64,000 nucleotides of DNA from Patellaria atrata CBS 101060 (GCA_010093705.1 MU006089.1:1304455-1368454); one strand, 5' to 3'; shown: positions 51,847 to 64,000, counted from the stretch's first letter. Translations and numbers: made by a program. The notes: a model not told the origin generated them from the sequence alone.

Positions 51847-52126
51847 TGTCAAGGCTCAACCTCAGATGAGAGCTGAAAGGTATATTGCTGTATGTACATG
51901 AAGCTTAAACTTAAGGAAAGAAAGTAAAAGAGAGTATCAGAACAGCGTGAGCTGTTCTATTAAAGTACAACATGACTAAGCTACTGGATCATGCATGGAG
52001 CTTAAACTTAAGGAAAGAATGTAAGAGAAAGTGCCAGAACAACGTAAGTTGTTCTATTAAAGTATAGCATAGCTAAGCCGCTGGATCATCCAAGGCACTT
52101 ATACCTATAGGGTCTAACCCGTGACA
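51847..52126 (-). mobile_element. Solo LTR (280 bp) with internal ~97-bp tandem duplication; copy B
   Basis: TGTCA...TGACA; TSD GTTAA (51842-51846, 52127-52131). Confidence 0.92.
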
Positions 52127-52732
52127 GTTAACCCCATACTTATTGCTAGTTTCGATTTGCAGTTGGGAATATAGAAGGCATACGCCGTCAAACTTCATTG
52201 GTAATAAATTCAGAACAGGTTTGAAAGTACTAAAGTGGGTGAGCTAAACAGTTCGAAATACTCCCTAATGATGGGGAACGGTAATGGTGCATTTTTGCAA
52301 CCCACATCCTAAACAGAAATACGACAGCTGGGTTGTTAAAGGTTCAGCTTGCTGCGTCAATATCAGTAATTACTTTTAGATACAGCTAAAAGAAAAGGCA
52401 GAAGTTACCTTACATTAGACCGTGTAGTTGTAATAAATTGAGGTGCAGTCTGTTAGGACTCTAGTCAGTCTAAAAATTAGAAAGGAGTAAGGTGGAACAT
52501 CTTCCTCCCCTTATCAACCTTGTTCATTGATCCTGAGTCCTTTGTTTTTGACTAGTGTTGTGTGTTTGCAAGATTCAATGTATTATTAAGACTTTGATAC
52601 TCTACTGGATCATCAATTATAAAACAGGAGTTCCCGTCGTGGATGGTGTACCGGATATAAACTGAAGAAAGATTTTATATTAGGAAAATACCCCAAGGGA
52701 GATGTCATAAGAACACAGTGAAAGGAACAGCA

Positions 52733-52900
52733 ATGCAACCATATATCGCATATATCGTATGTTTGACACTGGCGGTGCTTTTGGTAGTCGTAATAATTGC
52801 TGTGCTACTGGTGGCCCGATAGCGTTATAGCCGTAAGTCTTTGGAGGACATGGAAAACCAAAAAGATTTATCGTCGTGCAGAGGAGTTGAAAAGATATGA
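52733..52900 (+). pseudogene. Small single-TM ORF with internal TAG (52820-52822)
   Basis: MQPYIAYIVCLTLAVLLVVVIIAVLLVAR*RYSRKSLEDMENQKDLSSCRGVEKI*. Confidence 0.45.
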
Positions 52901-53576
52901 GTCAGGTACCCCGCCAACCAAGGGTCTGAAGATATTGATTTGGGGAGCCCCAAACCTTTCCAAATTGTGAAATAATAACCAAATAAAGCCACATTCTACT
53001 TAATCACGAAGTGTAATGTGATTTCATGAATTTGAAGTGTTCAGAGTTAATAAGGTAATAAACTTAAGCAAGCTGACTATAGTAGAACCAGCCAAAGCTA
53101 ATCTATCCACCCCCTATTGTTTATAATTGACTACGGGAGACCAAATTTCGAATTAAATATGATACGCACTCTTACGTTATGGTTATATCAAGGTTAAAGT
53201 GTACGGAGACTAGAGGTAGTTGCCAAATCGGCCCTGAGTACTCCGTATTCTCGTGGAAGTGCGAGGATTAGGACTAAGTGAGTCCGTATCTCTTGATTGC
53301 CCTACTAGACTTCAGCAATTACAAAAGTATAGAGTTCTGGTGAAGTGCGACGAAGTAAGTAAGTATAAAAGTTTGAGGGTGGTTACTGTTAGGTCTAATG
53401 TAGTTCTAGGGAAAGAGGTTGTAATAAGGTAAAACTACTAGAACTATTCTAGAACTACCCCTGGCTTCGCTACCACTTTGAATACTCCGCACTCACATCT
53501 CTGCTGTTTCTCTCATCCCTTCCTGCCTTATAGAAACGCTGCAGCAAAAAGATCACAGTTGATCGCCGCCTTCAGT

Positions 53577-54640
53577 ATGGCCAGAAAGGAAAACTGTATG
53601 TACAAATTCAAAGCTGAGGGTGTAGACAATGCGCCCTCATTTCTGTAAGTGTACAGTACAATACCATTTCTATCTTTTCAAATCTGCATGTTCACAACTG
53701 ACGTAGTAGAAACATTGACCAGACCATCGTAACAGTTCTCGTCGGGCCAGATGAGCGTAAATTCCATCTCTACAAGGCTCGGCTCGCCAAAGAGTCGCCC
53801 TACTTCGATAAAATGTTCAACGGGGGATTTAAGGAGGCAACAGAGAGGGAGGGACATCTCGCAAAAGTTCCCAGCACGACTTTTGCAATTTTTGCGAACT
53901 GGTTGTATACTAGAGTTATCGAAATACCGAGCTCAGGGGAAGCAGACGTCCGAGAGGATCCTACAATTGAACAAGAGTCGGATGGCCCCCTGAAACAAAC
54001 CAGCCCCCAGCCTGAAGACGCCGCTCAAGATCAAGACGATTCGTCCACAAGAACGCTTGGACACTCTCGTCAACCTAGCATAGGGCCTACCATTGCTCAA
54101 GATATGGCCCCAATAGATGAATCGTACCGGCTCGCTGATAATGCCCTCGCCGATCTCTACGTCTTTGCTGATACATATGATATCCCGGTACTCCGGAACG
54201 ATATTATCGACGCGTTCGTAACCCGTGTTGACGCTAATAACATATTACCTTCGCTGGATCTTGTTACACGTGTATTTTGTGATCTCCCCGAGACGTTAGC
54301 CTTGCCTCGGTACCTGATCGATCTCTATAGCGAGTGTTGGGGCGGATACCATGACTTTGCCAACTCAGAATTCCAGCAGTACAAGGATGAACTACCTAAT
54401 GCGTTTCTGATTGGCATTCTCCAGAAGAAATCCAGAGGCCCTCAAGACTTGAAGAATACAAGGGACTGTCAAGCCCATCTCCGCTGTTGCGATTATCATC
54501 ATCACAGCACACATTCAGAGAAAAGGGGCTGTAAGAGAGTGAGACGATTGGCAAAGACCGCTAAGGAGTTGAAGAGGGACGCTGGGGAGGTCCTGGACGG
54601 ACAACAGATCAAGAAAAATAGGGGTTCTGCTGATGACTGA
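53577..54640 (+). CDS. BTB/POZ domain protein (one intron)
   Basis: IVTVLVGPDERKFHLYKARLAKESPYFDKMFNGGFKEA...TFAIFANWLYT; LYVFADTYDIPVLRNDIID; CDYHHH; intron GTAAGT from 53645. Confidence 0.93.
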
Positions 54641-56223
54641 GAAAAGCTATTCACCCGAGCTTGCTAATCATACGAAGACAGCATTATATGCATCAACCAC
54701 CACTGAGACTTCATACCGGAAAGCAACACTTGCGATTGTGCCAGTTCAGAACCTCTGACAGCTTTTGGTGATGTTGGCATGAGATATACTTCTGGTACTG
54801 CTTGGAGACCGTGGGAATAGCAGTGGAGGGAGGTGAGCGTTGGACTACCCGGATAGCCTCGGTGTTAAAGGGCTGGGTGAGAGACCCAGGTCTGAACTTG
54901 TCTTCGCCGCTTGCTTAACTGACCGTACTGCTTAGTTTGGCCTTCCAGAAATCACCCAGACGGAATATGTAGCCCGGGTTGCTCGATATTGAACACAAGG
55001 CTGAATATCATGTTACAGCGAGTTGAGTATCTTGGAAGCTCCTGTCGGTAAATTGTTTGTGCATCAAAGTTATTATAAATGCTCTTTCAAACTGTCCGTA
55101 TTGTTAGAGGATTGCATATTGGTTTTACAGCCTGGGTAGCCCTTACCTGGAAATGACCTTCCTAGGAACGTGGAGTGATGACCGTCCACTATCAATCACT
55201 GCAATCTTATCAGTATTATTATTCGCCGGGAAAACAGCTTCAATTGCCTGTTAAACTTAAAGATCTTGGCGTATCTCCTGATCAAACCAATGATAGCGAG
55301 TGCGTCTTTCTGCCAGTTCAAGCCGGAAATCACATAACACTGACCGAAGACAGCGGTCCATTAGTCTGCCTCTTTGATGGTCATGTCTGTTCCGATTTCG
55401 AGGCGGCGTGTACTACGCTTTGACCTGCCACCATCGGAGTGCATATCAGGTCATTGGGAGCATCGCATGGGACAAGTTCTGGATGTACAAATGTACTGCA
55501 TAGTGCTCATGATCCACCATATTATAAAGTAAGGGACTGGGCGTTTAGGTTAATGGGAAGAGTGGTGGTTTAGGTGCTGAGTACGAAAACAGTACCGAGT
55601 GAAGAGTTAAGGGGTAAAGAAGAGATTGATGGAGGGTGACTAGTTAGGAGGAGTGTTCTTTGGTGCTGCCGAAGACTACTCAGTAGCCTATATTCTAATA
55701 CTAGTAGTATTATCTTCTTGGCTGTTTATATTAACCTCCTCTTTAGCTCTGCAGACAGAATTATGAGTTTGTATGATTTAGCATCAGTATATCCATGGAT
55801 CCTCTAGGGAGACACACGGGGAAGATGAACTTATTACTTTCCTCAAAGGAACGAACTCCGGCAGCGCTGCGTTAAAGTGAAGATTAAAATAAAGAGTAAA
55901 CAACTTATGGAAATCTCAAATTACTCAACTGTGCACATAGTACCAAAATTAGGGATCTTATGATCATAATCTACATTAGAATGGATTGGATGGGCCCAAG
56001 CCGAAACAAAGATTCAAGGAGAAATAATCATCCAAAAACCTCCTATGATGATGCCTTTCCAACGCCTCCTATGGACCACATCATGCGCCTAACCCATGCC
56101 CAGAAGAAGGGAAATCCTCGAAGTTTAGAACCCATTGACCTGTCTATATTACAACCCAATCCACTCTATTCGTTGGCTGCGCAGCTGAAGCTAACGATTC
56201 ATATCATATATGTCTGGCAGGAC

Positions 56224-57314
56224 TCAGACGCCATGATTGTGGGTCTGGTTAGTGCCAAACTCCTGGTCCTTCTCACCAACCGGTGTGAAGCCGTGTCCTG
56301 TATTTCGATAACCGGCACTGTAGATGCTGCTTTCACTAATATTCGGCTGCGCGTAGCTTAAGGGGCCAGATAATGCCGGATATGGGCTTGAGGTCCTGAA
56401 ACTGCCGCTGTTGCCAGGGACGTTGATAGATGAATTTAGGGTGTTCCTCCTTGAATGAGTCTCGAGAACGGACATGGGAGGTGGAGGCGGCGGTGGTGGA
56501 TTTAGAGGGACACCATTACTATTTCTGTCTTTGTTGTTCCTATTTTTGTTCTTCCTCGAAAGGACACCACCGACATTGTGGGATGGAAGTTGAGTTACGG
56601 AGTTAGAAGCATGACGAGTCTCGTGTGCTGAAACGTTGGCACCCGCAAGATCGCGCTTCTTGCGATAATGACGTTTGATAAGTATTCCAGCGACAGCGAT
56701 ACCAATGAGCCCAACGGCAATGACAATTATCATTACCACCCAACGCCAATGGTGATCTAGCCTACATTGAAGGATTAGCGAAGTTCGAAAGCGCACGATC
56801 GGTTCTCACAGATATATGTGACAGAGGGGCCAAGGGGAAAATATGACATAGGACAAACTAACCATGATCCGGGTGCGGCGCCTTTCCCATCATTGTCATT
56901 CGCATTGTCGCCGCTAAGTGTACCGGCTTCATTAGTGGCCGTATTCCCTGCTCCTGTTGCGCTGGTTGTGGCTGATGTCTGTGGACCACCAGCAGCGGGG
57001 CCTGAAGTAGTTGTCTGTGGTTGCCTGCAGACGTCCCGGAACCAACCCTGGACAGCGGGTAACTGATCAGCTGGGCATTGTGGGCATACGCTGACCGGAG
57101 CGGTGATTAGTGGAAGCAGCGTTGGGGACTGGCAGAAGCATTGGGAGAAAGTTGCTGATCCAGGGACGCAAGCGGTCTGGGCGGCGATAAACGGAGCACA
57201 TGTGAGTGCGCAGATAGGAGCCGTGTTAGGATCGACGATTCCGACCTGAGCGTTTATTGTTTGAAAAGAGATGAGAGCAAGGGAGAGGAGAATCGAGACG
57301 GGTTTCGACAGCAT
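56224..57314 (-). CDS. Cys-rich (CFEM-like) single-pass membrane protein (one intron)
   Basis: Signal peptide; 8-Cys domain PICALTC...CFCQS...CPQC...C; S/T linker; TM WRWVVMIIVIAVGLIGIAVAGILI plus KRHYRKKR; intron ~56861..56763. Confidence 0.85.
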
Positions 57315-58836
57315 GATGGTAGGTTTGAGAATCGCAAAACGGTACGCGGTGTTGCAATTGCAAGGAACCAGTGAGGTAGCAAACGTAGGCTCAAGAAATC
57401 GAGGGTCGAGCTGAATGGTTTCGATTCTATCCGCCTATTTACACACGTCCGCAGATGCAAGTGATGGGTGGTGATGAGTTGCAATGGAGGACATTGAGTT
57501 GGACGCTGGAGGGGAAAGAGTAAAAGGAGAGGCGAAGCGTCAAAGCGAAGGAGTGAATTGAAGTAAAGTGTGCCAGGGGTGATGCGGATGGTGAACGAAA
57601 GTAAAGGTGAAGATCCGGTGGTGGTGACGATGATAGTCAAGACTTCATCAGCTTTCGTGGGCTCTCAGCGGCCTCTCGCAGATTTGTCTTGGTGTTTTCA
57701 AGAACAGTCCATTTAGGGTTAGAGGAAGCGCGCTAACAGCATTCGTTTTTCACCAACAAAACGTACAAATGATAACTGAAAGCCGATTGGCGGTAAAGGG
57801 TATGGAAAGAGTTAAGCTTCGTAAGAAACGAATCCGGTGTACAGTAAAAATAAAAACAACAGAAGGATCAAAAGGGGGACCGTACGGTACACACAGACTA
57901 CAGTAGAGTTGGTGGATGTGATATCAAAGTCTTGTAAGAATATAATATAATGATAATATTTATAATACTCCTGAATGTCTGTATTGCTCGAGTCTACTTC
58001 GAATGAGTAACCTCTCTCAAAGAGCTGTACTGTAGAGTGACGATTTCTCCAATTAACACTCAAAACTAAGGGTAATTGTCCAGTTTCAATTCATTATTTT
58101 TCACCTCAAGCCTACTAAGTATAGCAAAGGGGTTGTGGCTTCGTTAAAGTGGCTAGAATTTCGATGGCGCTGCTGAGGTGAGAAATTCGCTCCCTGACAT
58201 GAACCACCCCTCGATAAACCATCTTCTACCTTCTCACCTGATTAAATAACTACACTTCCTCTGTCCCCTAGCTACAAACATAGTTTGTTATGTCGCTCCA
58301 ACATCCTCTCTCGACATAAATGACCTCTCATCCTACTGCTAACAATTCCATCTCAGTATCTCATGCGAAATTTCCACCTCCCGGACGCCACACATCCAAT
58401 TAGTTCCATGATAGTTCAACACGTCCTGCTGTTCTAGATTTCTTCGAGGAGATCCGAATACCGTACCGTCGCTACACCTCTAGAAATGAGGAGCTGAGAG
58501 GATACTACAGCTATGTGAAGCGAACCAGTTTCTCTGACTTACGATGCAAATGGTATCGGACCCGCACATACCGTAAATTCCTGTCTTCTATTATCACCTC
58601 TCATGCGCTGGGCTTTACCCTTTAGAGGCTTTTGGCCCTACGATCAATCTTCCGTAGCACTACGCCATCTCCCACAAAACGGCACAGCTGTCCTATGTGT
58701 CTTTGAGATGTCAATTCGATATATTTACATTAGATCTATCCATTTATTAACCGGTGTCCCATCAGTCATTCGACTCTTTCGTACTTTTTACTGTTTTTTG
58801 CATCATTCTGTCTTTACTTCACGTTGCTCATACAAT

Positions 58837-59944
58837 ATGGGCGTCCGCTCGCTTCTGTTCGCCGTTTTCTTATTTCTACTCTCAACCGTGACCGCAAGCC
58901 TATCCTGTACTCCAGATTCATGTCTAATTGACCTCTCGGATGAAGGAAACCTCGTCGCTGCAAAATCATATTGCGCCCACTTCACCTCTGTCTATTCTAC
59001 GCGTATAGCCCAACCAAGTCCTACATATATCCGCAATTGCGGACATCACGCCGCCCGGGTTAGCTCAGCATGCGGCTGCCTCCCTACCTTAGATCCTACC
59101 GTCGCTCCTGCATTAGAATTGCGCAAGAAACAAACTAAACGTGTCACTTCGGACATGAGAGACTAGTGCCCTGATGAAGATGGACAGGTACATACGTACA
59201 ATCGAAGACAATTAAAGGTAGAATGCGGTGTGGAGCACACCCGGGGCGATTATCGAACCCCTTTCATAGGCTCCTACTCGGATTGTCTTTCGGCCTGCGG
59301 ACAGGACGAGGACTGTGTCGCCTTATCGTGGTACGAAGACACAGAGATGTGCCATCTCAAGAACTTACTTCCCCCCAACGAGGGTCACGAAAGGTACTCG
59401 ACATGACGGCGTTATTGGCGCTAAGGTCGTAGGCACTGAGTCGCCACCTCCGCCTCCAGCGGAGTTCATGCTCTCCGGGACAAGTACTGGCAAATTTAGT
59501 GGATGGAACGTTCGGGCTCAGCCATACGATGGCTCCCCACTACTCTTCTACGATTCACAGGCTACTCCAGAGGCTACGTGTAGTATCAACGTAGAGTCAT
59601 ACCTCATGTGTGCCAGTAGAACAGTGGTAGCTCAGACAGCTGTTCCCACCGCTAGGTTGCCTATCACGCAAAGAAACGACCCGGCCGGTCTCTTGCTTCA
59701 TGATCGAACTCGCGACCCTAACTTTGAGCGGACAGCCGCGGTGAAGTGCACGCTCGACCCGGCTTGGAATTTGCAATGTTCCTTCGACGCACCGAATGGA
59801 AGATATTCCATGCTACAGACGTTATGCTATGGGTCGATGTGTTTTGCGGACATAGGAACGTATAGTTCGTCTTACTGCAGCCCGCTCGAGATTGTCGCTG
59901 TTCCAGTCGCGCCTAAAACTCCTAGATTCGTGTCAGATCGTTAG
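58837..59944 (+). pseudogene. Secreted Cys-rich PAN/Apple-domain protein interrupted by TAG (59164) and a frameshift in a C6 run (59371-59376)
   Basis: Signal peptide; SSACGCL; after the stop, same frame CPDEDG...ECGVEH...DCLSACGQDEDCVALSW...CHLK; removing one C joins ORF 59315..59944. Confidence 0.75.
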
Positions 59945-61602
59945 AAGAGGTGAAATCTCCCAATTTTTCTATCGTTATTCTTGTAGAACTATATAACGCA
60001 ACGCTTAATATACTTTTACTACTGGCAGCTGAGTCTCCTATTCTGGCTCATTGCGTCATCACTGATTCAATATGGATCTAGTTGAAGATAGTCATGCACT
60101 TCCTTGTTAGAATTTGATACGGGCTGTGCATCCGATGCAGGGCGTGATACGCTCTATTTTGAAATTTTTCCCCATTAGCTCGACGTTCGAAGGTGTAATA
60201 CCCTAAATTCTGACGCAACTGTTTATCTCTTGCAAAATGTCAGGAACCAAATACAAGCCCCCGAACGTGGGAAAGTTGAACGTTCGATATCATTCAAGCT
60301 TCGACAATCAGGATCTAATATATACAGATACGAAGCGAGAGACGTCACTCACTGGAGATAACATAACAAGCTCGACCAAACACCTGTTTATGCGGTCCCA
60401 GATGCGGGTGTTATCAATGTAGTTTCTCCATGGCCCGGCAGCTCGCTGTTTGCCTTCAGATATTGTAAGCCGCTCTACAAAGCCTTAATACATTGCGTGT
60501 TGGCACCACCAGCGAACTCCCTGATAATACCTATTTTCTTGTTAATCTTAACCCAGTTCGTGGCTCCAACTAGACGCCCTTGAAAGCTGGTGCTGCTTAC
60601 GCAATCAGCGCTCGTGCCGGAACCATTAGTGTTGTGATATCAATGCATCTCGTGGTTGAATTTATTACCAGACAAATTTTAAGGGAGTTAAGGGGTGTTC
60701 CGTGTCCGGATCAAAACCATGGCCATACACCGAGAGATTCTTATAAATTTAGAGACAGGTTATATCGAACTGGTATTTACGTTTAGGACATATCGATTTG
60801 ATCCCCTTTGCCCTATAGCATAGGCACATTTCACCTCTCAACTCCACAGAAGGTATCTGATGCACATCTGCGGAGGCAGCACTGATTTTTGGAAACTTGA
60901 GGAATGTAGGTTTTCCCAGTCTATCCATCATTTTTATCCTTACGCCCGAACTGGTCGTTAAGAGTTCGGCATACAAACATCGGCAATGGGGTATTCGAGT
61001 TCTGGAGAGTGTTGCTGCCAGTAGTTTGAGCTTGATCATCTTCTATCTTCATGGCGAGACTTAGTCCGTAGAGCCCCTGCGACAGTTTCTCGAGGGTAAC
61101 ATCGTAAGTATATCAAAAGAACGAGAATCTAGAATTGCATTGAATCAAATAATCATGGGACGGACTAATAATCCAACTTGTGATTTTAACTCAAAGCAAC
61201 GACCCAAATAACAGAGGTCGGAGGCCTTGTGAGAGAGACTGTAGACAACGGGGATGGCAAGCAGCGAAAGATCTCGCATGTATCTTCTATTGCACGCACC
61301 CGACACTAATATTTGAGTTGGTAATGACGGGCAAGGGGAAATTATGAGTGAACGGTAAGGTAGAGGGGAGTTACAAGACGGGACTATCGCGGGTATTCCG
61401 GTACAATATATGATCGATGACTGCGAACCGCCAAAGAAAGTTCGATTCCGCTAGGAAAATGATTATGGTTATATACTGGGGGCACGGGAGCATAGATGGA
61501 GTTATAGATTAGAACAATAAATCGAAAAAGATTGCAATTACCCCGACCTCAGGGAGACTGATTGCAAAATAGCGCCGTATCTGTTCCTTGTCAATCCTGT
61601 TC

Positions 61603-62796
61603 TCAATATGGGTCCGAAGGAAAGGTTGAGGGAATATCAAGGGAGTAGAATACCCACACTGGTGTTGCCGCCAGAGCTTCAAAGGGTCTTAACGATTTCA
61701 TCGCAATTACCAAAACCAGAACAAATAGGTGTGTACAAACGAAAATTATAATAAAATGTTCCTTGCTATCATTAACTTTGGACAATCACCATTGCGGTCC
61801 CATTATCATGCCTAGACCAACTGCTAATATAGTCAAATTGACTAAGTTTTCTACTGTTGAGCCACCATATGACGTTGTAGTCTCGTCTCGACGCAGCTTT
61901 GGCTATTGTGGAGTTTCGCGTTAGCCGGATATCAGACTGTATCGGGTTTCAAAAGACGGTCCTTTTTATATCTAAAGTAAGTGCTTAAGAGATATGTACT
62001 GATACTTTTCATTAACATCTCGAAGAATGTTCTTCCTGGTTCGCCAGGCGGTACAACTCGGATAAGGTCATAGCCTTTCTCAATACATTATGATCCTTCA
62101 TCCGGTATTGGACCTTTGTAAGTCACTTGGAGCCAGTTTCGAACATTATTAATGTCAGTTGTGCTAGCTGCAGGCCTTCCTTTGAGTCTAGAGAACATCT
62201 CAATCAAGTGGGCTGTCAAAGAATTAGTGATTGTATGTCGCCAAAACCGCTTATTATACAAAAATCATGAGAGATGAAGGACGTGTTAGCAGAACAGATC
62301 TCTTTGACTTGACTAACATTCGGGGTGTCTGGGTCTCATCCCCAACCTCGAGGTAGCAAATGTTTCGAGAAATCGATGAAGAAAGCCCAACTGATTCATA
62401 TTGACTCACCATTGTTTTCCAACTTCACAGTCAGCTTTTTTAATATTTCCATCCTGCCCTCATTCAGTATTGGTGAATCTTGCTTCATAATTCTTTTGTC
62501 AATATCCTTCAATTGCACTTCAAGGCAGCATTAGAATTACTCTCGGGTAAAGTGACCCAAATCTACGCACAACAAATGCATCATTTGAAGAGGCCATTAA
62601 TAAGGAGAACAGCTGGATGACCTTTGAATCTCCAGGGTTGGTCACGTTTCTCTTGTTTCGATATAAATGCGGGAACTGATGTCGACATCGGCTGTGCCGG
62701 CAGAGGAAGCGGTACAGGAGCTAGAGGTAGTTCCATGCGCGAAGTTGAGCAAGGAGAGTCTACTTCGGACGAACTCTGCGCATCTGACATTTTCAT
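61603..62796 (-). pseudogene. DUF6594-family membrane protein pseudogene
   Basis: PWRFKGHPA /frameshift/ FSLLMASSNDAFVVRRFGSLYPRVILML; DINNVRNWL; GLGMIMGPQW*L (TGA 61788-61786); RPFEALAAT. Confidence 0.75.
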
Positions 62797-63542
62797 GTTT
62801 GTTTTGGTGCAAGATTGATTGGTATGCTGATATTCTTAGGGTAATATGTTGAGCTTTGTGGGATCCGTTCTGTTGATTGATAATTGAATAACGGTCTAAG
62901 TTCTTTTTATCTCCTACGCAGCACAGGTTGTCAGAAACAGGGGGAATGACAGAGCGTGGGGTTGTGAAGATGAATTAGAAGGGTTATCGCTTTTCCTCCT
63001 TATGTTTTAAGCACAGAGGAGCAGATTCTAAGCCGCTTCGTTGTGACCAACAAACCTGAGCAAGCCTTGCGTTGCACCAGACGGATCTGCATGTACTCTA
63101 CTCTGCCTCAGCTCGGGAAACATCTCGACAGGTATAGGAATTGCGGGTGAAGGCCTGATTCCACGCGAAGCGAGATGATTTCCATACGGAAAGGGTCAAA
63201 GCAGGGCGTTGAAAGGTCAAGTTGAACATGAAATAGGAACGTTGTGTCCCCCCTGCGGCATCCGATTCTTCGTTAGATGTGTACTCTTGACCGTCCAGAT
63301 TACCTAATTGGTCTAATCCCAAGCTCTTCAATTTGTCGATGCAGCTTTCCGTACATGGGCAACGTTTCTGCACCACTATAATTAAAGAAGTCAACCAGCC
63401 ATTATTGAACCTTCGATCGCCCATTCACCAAGAGCAGAGGGGAAAAGACAATGCAATACAATGCGGATAGGCGAAAAGCTCGGAGTGCTTTCGAATGAGT
63501 CTACTGACTGAGCCCCCTCGTGGCTTCGTGTGGAGTCCGCAT

Positions 63543-63715
63543 TGTCATGACTCAACCTCAGATGAAAGCTGAAAAGTATATTGCTATATGTACATGAAGC
63601 TTAAACTTAAGGAAAGAAAGTGTTGAGACAGCATATGCTGTTCTACTAAAGTATAGTATGACTAAGCCGCTGGATCATCCAAGGCACTTATACCTATTGA
63701 GTCTAACCCGTGACA
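63543..63715 (-). mobile_element. Solo LTR (173 bp); copy C
   Basis: TGTCA...TGACA; TSD CGCAT (63538-63542, 63716-63720). Confidence 0.92.
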
Positions 63716-64000
63716 CGCATAAAGAGCGTAGAAGCCTTACACTGCTGCACTGTTTGTTTGTTCATAGAGCACATCCCTTTGCGCAAGGCCTTTTTTTGAA
63801 TCTCGTCTTCCTGACCGTGGTACAGTGCGAAGGCCCCTTGTTGGATAAAAAACATGAATGTCAACAACGCCTTCCTTACCGCAAAGAAGATGAGTATGAT
63901 GGAAGATGAGAGTGAAGATAAAGATGATGATTCCGACACCTCAGGTTAGAGGATTGCGGATGAAGAAGTGAGACAAGGAAAGATCGGGATAAATGGAACA

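Noticed and set aside
3795..59944. Genome-wide reassignment of TAG or TAA to an amino acid
   Set aside because: Intact conserved genes here end in TAG or TAA (acyltransferase TAG, RING TAG, HET TAA) and have no internal stops.
60500..60530. 5S rRNA-like fragment (CACCACCAGCGAA)
   Set aside because: Only ~13 nt match; the rest of 5S is absent.
61435..61455. tRNA T-loop-like GTTCGATTCC
   Set aside because: No T-stem, cloverleaf or A-box. The same applies to GGTTCGAA at ~46208.
8542..63715. LTR copies as the two ends of a full retrotransposon or giant element
   Set aside because: Each copy has its own matching TSD on both sides, and no gag/pol lies between them.
1..64000. Starship captain or DNA transposase
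   Set aside because: No DUF3435 tyrosine recombinase, DDE transposase or RT motifs recognised in the window.

Overview
Eukaryotic DNA from a filamentous ascomycete (Pezizomycotina-type GT-AG introns with CTAAC/CTGAC branch sites). No rRNA, tRNA or CRISPR array was found. A few recognisable genes sit among many orphan ORFs and decaying genes: a PlsC/CST26-like acyltransferase, a PTH11-like membrane protein, a chromodomain/AT-hook protein, a HET-domain protein, a SAM methyltransferase, RING and BTB proteins, a Cys-rich single-pass membrane protein and a divergent MysC-like ATP-grasp protein. Mobile DNA read directly from the sequence: three solo LTRs of one family (TGTCA...TGACA, each with a perfect 5-bp TSD), two 5'-truncated poly(A)-tailed LINE-like ends with TSDs (one splits a RING gene), and an AT-rich element with degenerate TIRs carrying a 16-bp minisatellite. 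The main pattern is that several otherwise sensible reading frames are interrupted by a single in-frame TAG or TAA. RIP-type C>T/G>A decay explains this most simply. For the TAG cases, restorative A-to-I editing (UAG read as Trp) is a testable alternative. All family calls come from motif recognition by eye; no database search was run.
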